From Octopus bimaculoides (lineage: Eukaryota): a stretch of DNA of 63,033 nt. The notes beneath the pieces are model-generated. The model searched no databases and was not told the origin of the DNA. It worked only from the letters and a program-made list of their open reading frames with translations. Position 1 is the stretch's first letter, and each line of letters opens with the position of its first letter. Where the stretch lies: assembly GCF_001194135.2 (NCBI RefSeq), contig NC_069001.1:24611977-24675009 (forward strand), read 5' to 3'. Shown piece by piece: positions 51,066 through 63,033 of this stretch. A program made the position numbers and the translations under genes.

Positions 51066-52238
51066 ACACACATACACACACGCACGCACGTACACATACA
51101 CACACACACAACACACACATGAAGCCCCCATATATATATAACATAAATAANNNNNNNNNNNNNNNNNNNNNNNNNNNNNNNNNNNNNNNNNNNNNNNNNN
51201 NNNNNNNNNNNNNNNNNNNNNNNNNNNNNNNNNNNNNNNNNNNNNNNNNNNNNNNNNNNNNNNNNNNNNNNNNNNNNNNNNNNNNNNNNNNNNNNNNNNN
51301 NNNNNNNNNNNNNNNNNNNNNNNNNNNNNNNNNNNNNNNNNNNNNNNNNNNNNNNNNNNNNNNNNNNNNNNNNNNNNNNNNNNNNNNNNNNNNNNNNNNN
51401 NNNNNNNNNNNNNNNNNNNNNNNNNNNNNNNNNNNNNNNNNNNNNNNNNNNNNNNNNNNNNNNNNNNNNNNNNNNNNNNNNNNNNNNNNNNNNNNNNNNN
51501 NNNNNNNNNNNNNNNNNNNNNNNNNNNNNNNNNNNNNNNNNNNNNNNNNNNNNNNNNNNNNNNATATATATATATACATACACATATATATACAACACAC
51601 ACATAAACATACATATGTCTATACACATAGAAAATATATTTACATATATTATGCATGTCTTTGTGTGTATATGTATATACACAAGTGTGCGTGTGAAAAA
51701 CTGATTTATCTCGAATTGCAGACACAATACTTTTTTCGTGGTCGTCTTAAATTTTAATGAATTTTGTTTCTTTCCATTTTCATTGATGTTATTTATTTTA
51801 TTGCTTTTCTTTTTATTAATTCGTACCAAGTTTGCCAGTCTGTTCTATTCTAGTAGATCTATGATTAAATTTCTTTTAGTCATGATTATCCTCTTTTTCA
51901 TCAAAATATTTCCCATTCATCCTTCTATTCTCAAGATGCCGCTTGTCATTTGAGGATGATTTCACTGCTATTTCTAGTATATTGAAAGCTCATACTAACT
52001 CCTTCATTAACTTGATAGAATATTGGTTGAATTTAGAGTTAAAGCTACTGTAATCTTGAAACATAGCGAAGCAGATAATATTCTCTGTGGTATATAATCT
52101 GCTATTTTCTACTGAGGACAATAATGTAGTGATCCAGTATTCTTCCATATTATTCGAACAAGAAAATATTATGGTGTCATCCATCTATACGTTGGTTTTC
52201 TCTGATATTGGTATAATTGTAACAACCTGATATACGTT

Positions 52239-52298
52239 TATATCTCAGACAATACGTCTATATCTCAGATAATACGTCTATATCTCAGACAATACGTC
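52239..52298. repeat. 20-bp minisatellite x3
   Basis: (tatatctcagaYaatacgtc)3. Confidence 0.95.
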
Positions 52299-52329
52299 TA
52301 TGTCACATCGATGATAAAAGCTTATGTAA

Positions 52330-52640
52330 CAATATGTGACCTAGTGCGTATTTTTCCAGAAAGATTGAATCTCATGCGTACAGCTGTTTCGATTAATTTG
52401 TGAATATAACTACTATATCTTTTCAAAATCTGACAATAAATTTGAGATTATGTACGGCCACGTGAAGCCAAAATCAAAACTAATGGATACTAAATATTGA
52501 GTTACACGTCCTAGTGCCCCAATAATTACAGGTATAAACCTGAACTTGTAATCTGGATAGAATAATTGCAGATTTCTCAATAGTTCAGCGTAGGTATTCT
52601 CTTTTTCACTGATCTTCAGTTTTATGCTAACATCCGCTGG
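52330..52640 (-). mobile_element. R4/Dong-like RLE fragment
   Basis: EISCPADVSIKLKISEKENTYAELLRNLQLFYPDYKFRFIPVIIGALG matches the RLE C-terminal pattern of the other copies. Confidence 0.75.
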
Positions 52641-53116
52641 GCAGCTGATTTCCACAGTTTCTCTTCTCTACCCCAAGTCATTACATCAGGTCTGTCGTAT
52701 GTATATATGCATGCATGTGCGTATGTAATGTATGCGTGTGTGTCCGTGCGTGAGTGCATGTACGTAAGTATGTTTGTATGTATGTGTGTATGTAAGTGTG
52801 CATGCATGTATGTATGTATGTATGTATTATACAGATGCACACACGCATTATATAAATAATCAGAGTTGCGAATCTTTTGTTATTAGTTTGCTTGATCTGA
52901 TTCGATATTGGCTGAAAATGGAATGCTAGCAACAAAAACAATATTATTCTCGAGAGAAACTACAATTACGTAAGTCAATAAAGACAAGGAAACAGTCATT
53001 TCTCTCCTCCTGTCAATGAGTCAGCAATTTGACAATAACCAAGAACTTGTTTAAAATCATGTGTTTATCACGTTCTGAATATTTGTTGTGTTCTTTGTTC
53101 TCATTCAGCCTTAATC

Positions 53117-53191
<75 letters not shown>

Positions 53192-53799
53192 CAAAAGGAA
53201 TTCATTGCTGATCATTGTGTCTCTGTTTAAGTGGTAAGATACCTAAATAAAATAGTATACTAGAATGAAAAAAGAAAACAATTTTTCTTTCTGAGATAGT
53301 AAATATGATCTGGTGGAAATTCGGCTACTATTTTTAGCAGGATGATTACAACCCTAGACCCTTCGTCATCATTTCATCTCTAATTAAGCATATGTTGTTG
53401 ATATTGTGACAGCAGATTTACGCCAGGTATAGCCACAGTATTTCCATTTCAGATAGATATAGGCATCGCAGGTGATAAGCGTGTGTCAGGTTTGGCTGTT
53501 GTTTTTGCAGCATTAGAGACCATGTTGCTACTTTCTCATTCACTCATGTTACAACAGTGATACATCACAGTACAATATATTTGTGTTGTATAAGCACAAG
53601 CATTTACGCTCTGAATTCAAGACTCTCTTAAGTTAAATTTGCCGTTCATCATACTTGGATTGATAAAGTATATTTCCTGTCAAATCCTAAATTCGATTTA
53701 ATATTCTTATAAAGTATCCTAGATATGAATGGCAATACAATAGAAGAAATTAATGATGCGCTCTTCATTTTCTACCCTTAAAGAAGGTATAGATTGTAA

Positions 53800-54145
53800 G
53801 GAGTAAGCATTCTAGTATTGGTTTCAGCAAGTTCGGGGAAGCGGCTAAATCGACAACATCAACGCCAGTGCTCGACTGGTAATTACTTCATCGACCCTGA
53901 AAGGATGAAAGGTAAAGTCGATCTCGGTGAATTTGGACTCAGAGCGTAAAAATGAACGAAATGTCGCTAGGCATTTTTCTTGATGTGACAACAGCCATAT
54001 TTGCCTGTAATATAAGCGAACTGGTAGAATCGGTAGCACGCCGGGGAAAATATCGATAAAATAAGTACCAGTTGAAACCTGGGGTTGCTGTAATCGACTT
54101 ACTCCTCCCCCCAAAATCGCTGGTCTTGTGCCAAAGCTTGAAATC
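53800..54145. mobile_element. Two SINE family A copies in inverted (head-to-head) orientation
   Basis: About 53800-53995 (-) and about 54015-54145 (+, internally deleted). Confidence 0.75.
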
Positions 54146-55111
54146 AATATTACAATCAAATTATGCAATTTCTAAACTTTAGACGGAGAGTCTCAGTTCC
54201 AACGTAGAAGACAATCTGTACGTCACAAGGTTGTGAACCTACCACAATGAGTAAGCAGTCGTATAAGTATTCCAGAGAGCTACTTCACTTTTCTTTTCGA
54301 GCAGCCAATGACAAATCTTCGATACAATTACGCAATCAACTAAAAATATGTAACAGATCTTCCTCAAGTTAGCTATTCCAGTTTTACAGAAGAAGCAGAA
54401 AAGGACACACTAGATATTATAATTACTTATTATATAAAATGTGAGTGTATTTTATATAATAAAACGTGAGTGAGAACTGAAATATATCTTAATAACTGAA
54501 CAATCGTTAGAGACACTGTCAGGTGAACTGTAAGAATTAGTAAAAAAAATCTAAAACAAAATGGCAGCCTACTCCCTTAACGATACATTTAGGGTTCAGA
54601 AGTTAATGTAGAGGGAGATACAATGTTTCGATAAATGACAAAACGCACGTGATTGAAATAAGCTTTCGGTCCTAGATCGATTCAATCAGGACTGACAAGT
54701 GGTTAACCAACAAAAAGAACAACAATTTCGCTCAAAAGGAGTTTTAAAACAAGCAACAAAAACCAGCCACACACTTAGAAAAAATGGAGGGACAAAAAGC
54801 AAAGAGTATATATGAAAACAAATAACGATCAGTTGATTGGAAATCAATCATTTGAATCTAATAATAGTACATTAAAATATGCAATGTCATTAATAGTAAT
54901 GTCAGTGGTGTCTAAAGAACAACAATAGATTATTGTCTCTTAATTAGTGACAGACTGTTGGTCTATTGGATAAACCTGAAAAGAATACAACACAATACAT
55001 ACAAATTCACACACTCACACACACATACAGACACACACGCGCGCCTCTTTGTATACATTTATGCAAGTATATATATACGTATGTATATGCTTATATATTT
55101 GTATATGTTTA

Positions 55112-55152
<41 letters not shown>

Positions 55153-56120
55153 NNNNNNNNNNNNNNNNNNNNNNNNNNNNNNNNNNNNNNNNNNNNNNNN
55201 NNNNNNNNNNNNNNNNNNNNNNNNNNNNNNNNNNNNNNNNNNNNNNNNNNNNNNNNNNNNNNNNNNNNNNNNNNNNNNNNNNNNNNNNNNNNNNNNNNNN
55301 NNNNNNNNNNNNNNNNNNNNNNNNNNNNNNNNNNNNNNNNNNNNNNNNNNNNNNNNNNNNNNNNNNNNNNNNNNNNNNNNNNNNNNNNNNNNNNNNNNNN
55401 NNNNNNNNNNNNNNNNNNNNNNNNNNNNNNNNNNNNNNNNNNNNNNNNNNNNNNNNNNNNNNNNNNNNNNNNNNNNNNNNNNNNNNNNNNNNNNNNNNNN
55501 NNNNNNNNNNNNNNNNNNNNNNNNNNNNNNNNNNNNNNNNNNNNNNNNNNNNNNNNNNNNNNNNNNNNNNNNNNNNNNNNNNNNNNNNNNNNNNNNNNNN
55601 NNTATATATATATACACATATATATATATATTTGTGTATACATGTGTGATGAGTTTGAAGTATGTGTATGCTTGTATAACGTACACATGAAGCCACTCAC
55701 ATTTACGTCATTCGGGCTGGACGTCTAAACTTTAATTTTCGTTATCAGATAGATTTCCATTATTCTCATTTACCATTTTGTGCATTGGAACGTTTGTTAT
55801 TTCACTTTCGCAAACATCTGATATACTTTCGACAGCAAGCAGACGACACACACGCGCAAACACTCTTATGCATATGCATACAGTCACGCACGTACGAACG
55901 CACCCATGCAGGCACGTATGAACGCGCGCGCGCTCACACACAGGCACACACACACACACAAACTGATTCATGCACACATTTACATAGAACATACAATGAT
56001 ATAGAAATTGTTACATGTGTCTGTGTGTATTTCATGTGAGCATTTAAGTGTGCTTGTGTGAGTCTTTGTACGTATGTAAATATGTCTTCAAGTTTCCCTC
56101 TTCCCTTCTCTCTCTGTCTG

Positions 56121-56158
<38 letters not shown>

Positions 56159-57135
56159 CATACGTACACATACACACATATATATATACATATTCATATA
56201 TATGTAGACATATANNNNNNNNNNNNNNNNNNNNNNNNNNNNNNNNNNNNNNNNNNNNNNNNNNNNNNNNNNNNNNNNNNNNNNNNNNNNNNNNNNNNNN
56301 NNNNNNNNNNNNNNNNNNNNNNNNNNNNNNNNNNNNNNNNNNNNNNNNNNNNNNNNNNNNNNNNNNNNNNNNNNNNNNNNNNNNNNNNNNNNNNNNNNNN
56401 NNNNNNNNNNNNNNNNNNNNNNNNNNNNNNNNNNNNNNNNNNNNNNNNNNNNNNNNNNNNNNNNNNNNNNNNNNNNNNNNNNNNNNNNNNNNNNNNNNNN
56501 NNNNNNNNNNNNNNNNNNNNNNNNNNNNNNNNNNNNNNNNNNNNNNNNNNNNNNNNNNNNNNNNNNNNNNNNNNNNNNNNNNNNNNNNNNNNNNNNNNNN
56601 NNNNNNNAGAGAGTTACAGCAGAGATCCTCGTTTTTCTATCGCAACTTTGGAAATAGAAGAAATCTGTGAAATCAGTCAAGTCTTTAAAATTTTTTCAAT
56701 CAAACAATTTAAACAATAATATATATAGATCAGAATCCAATGAACGAATCACATAGAATTCTCAATAAGCATTTGGCTAGGATTTTGGTTAACAAGTAAC
56801 GCAGTAAATTTTACGATGCATAATTATCACTACTACGCGAGTCAAAACCCCAAAACCCTTTTTGTGAAGTCCATGTTAAGTAATTGTAATCCAGTAGAAG
56901 TGTGGTGTAATAAATAATTATTCCGTATGTTTGCAGCTGTTTCATAACACGGATTCAGTTACATCATTAACGCTAAATTTTAATTGCAAACCAGCTGTAT
57001 AAATTCACAAAGGCCTTGCATACATATATGTATACACATATATGCACACTCATATATGTATTTATGTTCATAAATATTAGTCTGGATTACACAAGCATAG
57101 AAACACGCTTGTGCATACAAATGCATATTCTTGCA

Positions 57136-57194
<59 letters not shown>

Positions 57195-57342
57195 GTATAT
57201 GTCTATGAGTGTGCTAGATAACTCAGAACAATTGTAGTTATTAATAAAAACTCGCGTATCTTCTATCTTCCGTCTTTCACTAAACATATGCAAATATATG
57301 TATGTGCGTCTATGTATATACACATGCATATTCATATATATG

Positions 57343-57391
<49 letters not shown>

Positions 57392-59344
57392 NNNNNNNNN
57401 NNNNNNNNNNNNNNNNNNNNNNNNNNNNNNNNNNNNNNNNNNNNNNNNNNNNNNNNNNNNNNNNNNNNNNNNNNNNNNNNNNNNNNNNNNNNNNNNNNNN
57501 NNNNNNNNNNNNNNNNNNNNNNNNNNNNNNNNNNNNNNNNNNNNNNNNNNNNNNNNNNNNNNNNNNNNNNNNNNNNNNNNNNNNNNNNNNNNNNNNNNNN
57601 NNNNNNNNNNNNNNNNNNNNNNNNNNNNNNNNNNNNNNNNNNNNNNNNNNNNNNNNNNNNNNNNNNNNNNNNNNNNNNNNNNNNNNNNNNNNNNNNNNNN
57701 NNNNNNNNNNNNNNNNNNNNNNNNNNNGACACGTCGTGTACACAGTCAGATATTAACAGAAGAGAAATAGTAATTGGTATAATCCTCCCTTTAATCCAGT
57801 TTTAATCTGTCGAATCGTTATAAAATGTTCCTTAAATTAGAAAATACTCTCCCTCACACCATAAACACAAGGAAATATTTAATTACGTTAGAATTAAAGC
57901 CGCACGTTCAACTTCTACTTTACTCAATTTCTCGTCACATATATCCTAACTTGTCTACCACTAAATAATGATTCCATGGTCGTAAATAGAAGAACTCTAA
58001 CTCCTCTCATTTCTTAATTAATTGTCTCCCGAAAGTTATTCTATAACAGCGTTCAGTTCAAAATCTTGTCCTGTCTCTACTATTGGTCTGATCTCTAATA
58101 ATTTTATTTCTTTTCACCCTATACAAAAATTATTTCTAAAATTTGCGCAGTATGTAGGTCATTTTTATTTTCGACATACATCTCGTATTTAAGATCTAAC
58201 ATAGAAAAAAAAAGTCTAAAATGGGATATTGTATTGAAAGCAATATCACACAGAGCGAAGTGACTTCATGACTTTTCAACTACAAGGCGTTAATGTATTT
58301 CATTTTGTCTTATTGTATGTTTATATATGCTCAAACCTGGCGCTCCCTGTTCAACCTTTATTTTCCTTAATGAGCTAATGGGAAGCAGACTATCCCTTTA
58401 ACCCGGAGCAAATTTGTGGATTCTGAAGAGAAACGAAATCTTATTGGTTAAATTTCGAAATCAAATGATAGGATTTTATCAAATTACTTCGTTCACCAAG
58501 TTTTATCTCGCTGGAGAAAGATGTTGCTTGCCGCTTGCAGTCCTTTTGAACATCTCATGAGGCTGGTGACTTTGCGTGGTAATTCGAGTTATATATTTTA
58601 GCTCTTATTACTAGCAGTTGTAGGTACTATTTTGCACCCATGTTTGTGTATTCTACCCTTTTTGTTTTTAATTGCTTTAGCTACCTGTATTATAACGTAT
58701 TTAATTTATCGTTATATCTTATATGTTCATATATATATATATATATATATATATANNNNNNNNNNNNNNNNNNNNNNNNNNNNNNNNNNNNNNNNNNNNN
58801 NNNNNNNNNNNNNNNNNNNNNNNNNNNNNNNNNNNNNNNNNNNNNNNNNNNNNNNNNNNNNNNNNNNNNNNNNNNNNNNNNNNNNNNNNNNNNNNNNNNN
58901 NNNNNNNNNNNNNNNNNNNNNNNNNNNNNNNNNNNNNNNNNNNNNNNNNNNNNNNNNNNNNNNNNNNNNNNNNNNNNNNNNNNNNNNNNNNNNNNNNNNN
59001 NNNNNNNNNNNNNNNNNNNNNNNNNNNNNNNNNNNNNNNNNNNNNNNNNNNNNNNNNNNNNNNNNNNNNNNNNNNNNNNNNNNNNNNNNNNNNNNNNNNN
59101 NNNNNNNNNNNNNNNNNNNNNNNNNNNNNNNNNNNNNNNNNNNNNNNNNNNNNNNNNNNNNNNNNNNNNNNNNNNNNNNNNNNNNNNNNNNNNNNNNNNN
59201 NNNNNNNNNNNNNNNNNNNNNNNNNNNNNNNNNNNNNNNNNNNNNNNNNNNNNNNNNNNNNNNNNNNNNNNNNNNNNNNNNNNNNNNNNNNNNNNNNNNN
59301 NNATTATGGATTCTCTCGTCATGAAGGACAAATGAGGCTCAGTA

Positions 59345-59650
59345 AAATAAAGCGGTAATCATGTTTTATGGTCTGCCGGTTCCTTGCAAACCTTTTGGCA
59401 AATGGAACAAGTTTAGGACTTAGTTTGCTCGAGTGGAATGTTTTGTGGAATGGACATCAAGGCATACTTTGCATCGTGCCACAAAACCAGAATAACAGTT
59501 AAGTTTTCCATTTAGAAAAGCAGAGTTTTCCCAGCGTTACTTCATGCTAGCGTGAAGTTGATCCTGATGTTGGAGTCTACTTTGCTCAAATCGTTGAACT
59601 GAGGAGAAGCAGGATTGGCACCAGGTCCTGTGTTCTAATGCTTTGTTTCC
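59345..59650 (-). mobile_element. Probable RTE-clade LINE C-terminal fragment
   Basis: VQRFEQSRLQHQDQL and TCSICQKVCKE resemble the RTE C-terminal GxxxFExxR and CxxC finger. Confidence 0.45.
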
Positions 59651-59916
59651 CCAGGAAGAAAAACGAATGGTGCATGTATGTGTGGGCTTTGGGTGTTAGA
59701 CTCTATATTTCAGATAATTCATTTCCGTAAATTCATCGGCATATTTTGGTCTCTAAGAATCAGAGTTCATTGTTCACTTACAAACTTTCTTCCTATTTTC
59801 GTATTAGTTTTACACCTGTATTGTGATAGTTTCCCTGCGTCTATATGTTTTCATGCATACGCGTACATGCATGCATACATACATACATACATACATAGAG
59901 AAATAGATGGATGGAT

Positions 59917-59965
<49 letters not shown>

Positions 59966-60699
59966 TAAAGAAATGGTAGCAGTCGGACTAGTTATGGTTA
60001 TATGTGTTTGTGAAGCTATATATATATAAACATGTATAGAGATGTATGTATATACAACTCTCAGATTGTATTTTCTTTACCCTTACAATAGTATAACAGA
60101 ATATTATAATGCATTTATATATGCACTATCTTTTGACATAATACCTTTCATTTACACATCTATGTATTTCTCTATGTAAATGTGTAATAATATCAACATC
60201 TGTCTTTCTTAATGTATATAAACACATCTATGTGTACTTGTAATATTTAAGTGCAGAAGCTTACTTGAATACATAGACTTGTATGTATCTTTCTGTAAAT
60301 CAATACATTTCGTCTGTTTTTCTCCGTAAGCTTCCGTGCTTAATGATGTGGTGATTCTTGATTTCCGCATTACTTTTAGTCGCCGGCTTGGTATTTACAT
60401 TTAAGACGGGACATCAGTTTAATACCTTACGAGTCATTTTAGATCTCTCTCTCCTCTTCTGTATTCGTATATCTATACATGAGAATTATATACTTGCAAA
60501 TACATGATTAGTACATATAAGTAATTTGTGTGCAAGATAAAACTTACTTGGAAAAGGATGCGTGGCGTTCGATCATATGCTAATATAAATAATATATAAA
60601 TATATGCATATACACACATATATATATACGTACATACCTACATATATATATATATATATGCTTTTGCAGAGAAGGGAAGGAGTAAACGTCATCTTGATC

Positions 60700-61085
60700 A
60701 GATCAATCAGAGCCCTCTGACAGCACTCTTCTCTTTACTAAGAGAAGTGTGGAGGACAATCCTTGTTGCAAGTTGATGTCAGTCCCAGGTATCTCTACAG
60801 AGCAGCATGAAGGAAGATAAGTCTTCGATCAGCCAACATCAAGCAGAGAAAAGAACGGGCCAGTGAGATGGTGGAGAGGCCACTAGCATTTTGGAACGCG
60901 GTCATATTCTCAGATGTGTTCAGATTTGCTACATTTCCTCCCAGGGGTCGAGTATGGGTCTGGAAACTCTGTGAATTTGATGTGAAAAGATTACAGTCAA
61001 CAATGAAACACAACAGCTATTCTGTGATGGTCTTGGGAGCAATTTGGAGCAATGGTTTTTCTAAGCTGGTGCAGCGTGAGGGGAA
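60700..61085 (+). mobile_element. Tc1-like transposase fragment
   Basis: FWNAVIFSDVFRF...GRVWVW...RLQSTMKH...SVMVLGAIWSNG (first catalytic D region). Confidence 0.85.
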
Positions 61086-61501
61086 AAGTCTGTCATACCG
61101 GCCATGACGAAGGGAAATAACCCTGAAACTCGAGTCGCCTTTATATATTTATATTTTTATATTTATATATTTGATCCTTTATATTGAACACTCAATATTT
61201 CATCTACATTCAATTCTTTCTTTCATGGTGCCATCCATTTTTATTTTATTTTATTTTATATTATATATTGTATATTANNNNNNNNNNNNNNNNNNNNNNN
61301 NNNNNNNNNNNNNNNNNNNNNNNNNNNNNNNNNNNNNNNNNNNNNNNNNNNNNNNNNNNNNNNNNNNNNNNNNNNNNNNNNNNNNNNNNNNNNNNNNNNN
61401 NNNNNNNNNNNNNNNNNNNNNNNNNNNNNNNNNNNNNNNNNNNNNNNNNNNNNNNNNNNNNNNNNNNNNNNNNNNNNNNNNNNNNNNNNNNNNNNNNNNN
61501 N

Positions 61502-61682
61502 CCCCAACATCGCTTGACAACCGATGCTGGTGTGTTTATTTCCCCGTAACTTAGCGGTTCGGCAAAAGAGACCGATAGAATAAGTACTAGGCTTCTAAAG
61601 AATAAGTCCTGGGGTCGATTTGCTCGACTAAAAGGTGGTGCTCCAGCATGGCCACAGTCAAAAGACTGAAACAAGTAAAAAA
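61502..61682 (+). mobile_element. SINE family C 3' part
   Basis: ccccaacatcgcttgacaaccgatgctgg...ctccagcatggccacagtcaaaagactgaaacaagtaaaa. Confidence 0.9.
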
Positions 61683-61984
61683 AAAAAAAATAAAAATAAA
61701 TATATATATATGTCCATATTGCAGAAAGGACTCCTTTTATGAAAGATGGGACTCCTTGTCACACGGCTAAAATGACTCAAGATTTGTTGGATGAACTTAT
61801 CTGAGCAAATATCTTTATTTATTCTTGCAAATATATATATGTATATATTATTGTTTGTAAATGTTCATGTAATATCTACTATATAACTAACAAGATTATG
61901 AAGCAGCTGTAAACAAACGGAATAAGCATATACTCTCTCACAACACTTCTCTTACCTTTCTACATTTAAGAGATGAGGAATTAT

Positions 61985-62155
61985 GTACATGATTTACATT
62001 ATTTACATTTAACGGATATTTACACAACGTTTCGGCTGATATACCCTCCAGCCTTTCCAAGACACCTGATGAAGGCTGGAGGGTATATCAGCCGAAACGT
62101 TGTATTAACAACAAACAAGACGAGGACAAATATACGTCAAATGTAAATAATGTAC
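61985..62155. mobile_element. Inverted pair of Penelope-type terminal-repeat fragments
   Basis: Perfect 32-bp inverted repeat (62024-62055 / 62072-62103), with flanking tacatt(a)tttacattt...atatt mirrored by aaatat...aaatgtaaataatgta. Confidence 0.7.
62061..62106 (+). ncRNA. Minimal type I hammerhead ribozyme motif
   Basis: gacac-CTGATGA-a-ggctg(gagggtatat)cagcc-GAAA-CGT-T-gtatt: full catalytic core, 5-bp helix II, palindromic ACGT helix III, helix I gacac/gt(a)tt. Confidence 0.75.
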
Positions 62156-62185
62156 TTCTCTCACCTGTTCTGTTTATCTCATATT

Positions 62186-62247
<62 letters not shown>

Positions 62248-62494
62248 TGTGTGTGTGCGTGTGTGCGTAAAGTCTGCGATGGGTAAACTGTCGCCATTTT
62301 ATATTCTGAATTTAGCGTATGCACATTGTTCATTTTTGATTTTCTTGACTACACACTAGAATAGGGTCAGTGAGAAAAGCAACACCATGGTGCAATTCAC
62401 TCGGTTAGAAATCTGGAAACGACATGCTGCAGTGTTTGGCATCCAATACGAATATTTCAGTTTGTCTGGGTGTCAATATAACAGTGCAATTTGA

Positions 62495-62905
62495 GGACAT
62501 GTACGCAGAGTGACAGAATTAAAACATCCAGTCAACATCATGGTGTTTGGAGTGATTACTTGTGATGACGATGTTATACCTCCATTCATCTTCCCATACG
62601 GCCTCATACTCAACACGGAGGCCTTCATCAGGTGCCTGGAGGAGGTAGTGCTGCCCTGGGTCAAGAGGGTGGCTGCTGGAAGATCCTATGTCTGGCGACA
62701 GGACTCTGCACAGTGCTATACAAGCGGGAGAACCCAGTCATGGCTGTCAGACAATTTCTGCAACCACACCACACAACACCACGCCTAACATCTCGCCAAC
62801 TAAGTTCCCAGACTGCAAACCCGTTGGTTAATATGTGTGGGGCGCAGTTCAGCGAGAGACCAAGAAAACTCTTTGTAACAACAAAAAAGAACTGAAGGCA
62901 AGGAT
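62495..62905 (+). mobile_element. Tc1/mariner (maT/DD37D-like) transposase fragment
   Basis: KHPVNIMVFGVIT..D.V.PPFIF...LNTEAFIRCLEEVVLPW...YVWRQDSAQCYTS.RTQSWL...PDC.P..YVWGAV.RET. Confidence 0.85.
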
Positions 62906-62931
62906 TATTATTATTATTATTATTATTATTA

Positions 62932-62990
<59 letters not shown>

Positions 62991-63033
62991 GAGTGAGAGA
63001 GCAGTGCATGCCATCAAAGTGACACTGGGATAA
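62991..63033 (-). mobile_element. Family T retroposon 3' end (cut by window edge) after (TTA)n
   Basis: (tta)n-gagtgagagagcagtgcatgccatcaaagtgacactggg. Confidence 0.8.

Noticed and set aside
51990-52184. MDDT-starting ORF as a Penelope RT YxDD motif
   Set aside because: It needs a frameshift to create the motif, and the downstream sequence does not resemble RT domains.
52239-52298. Short direct repeats as a CRISPR array
   Set aside because: These are head-to-tail tandem units without spacers in eukaryotic DNA, and no cas genes are present.

Overview
This is AT-rich, microsatellite-saturated animal DNA from a gapped draft assembly. The SINE families and repeat landscape are most consistent with an octopus or other cephalopod, which is an inference. 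I recognised no intact host gene. The window is mostly transposon relics: about 30 tRNA-headed SINE copies in several modular families, four R4/Dong-like RLE retrotransposon fragments, four RTE-clade LINE fragments, Tc1/mariner and hAT relics and MITEs, and a Penelope-type repeat carrying a minimal hammerhead ribozyme. The most interesting unique stretch is about 27-36 kb. It holds a promoter-like island with two canonical heat-shock elements and a TATA box, flanked by divergent short ORF or exon candidates and a decayed long reading frame of unknown origin. All exon and small-ORF calls are unverified predictions, and many repeat boundaries are approximate (about 10-20 bp).
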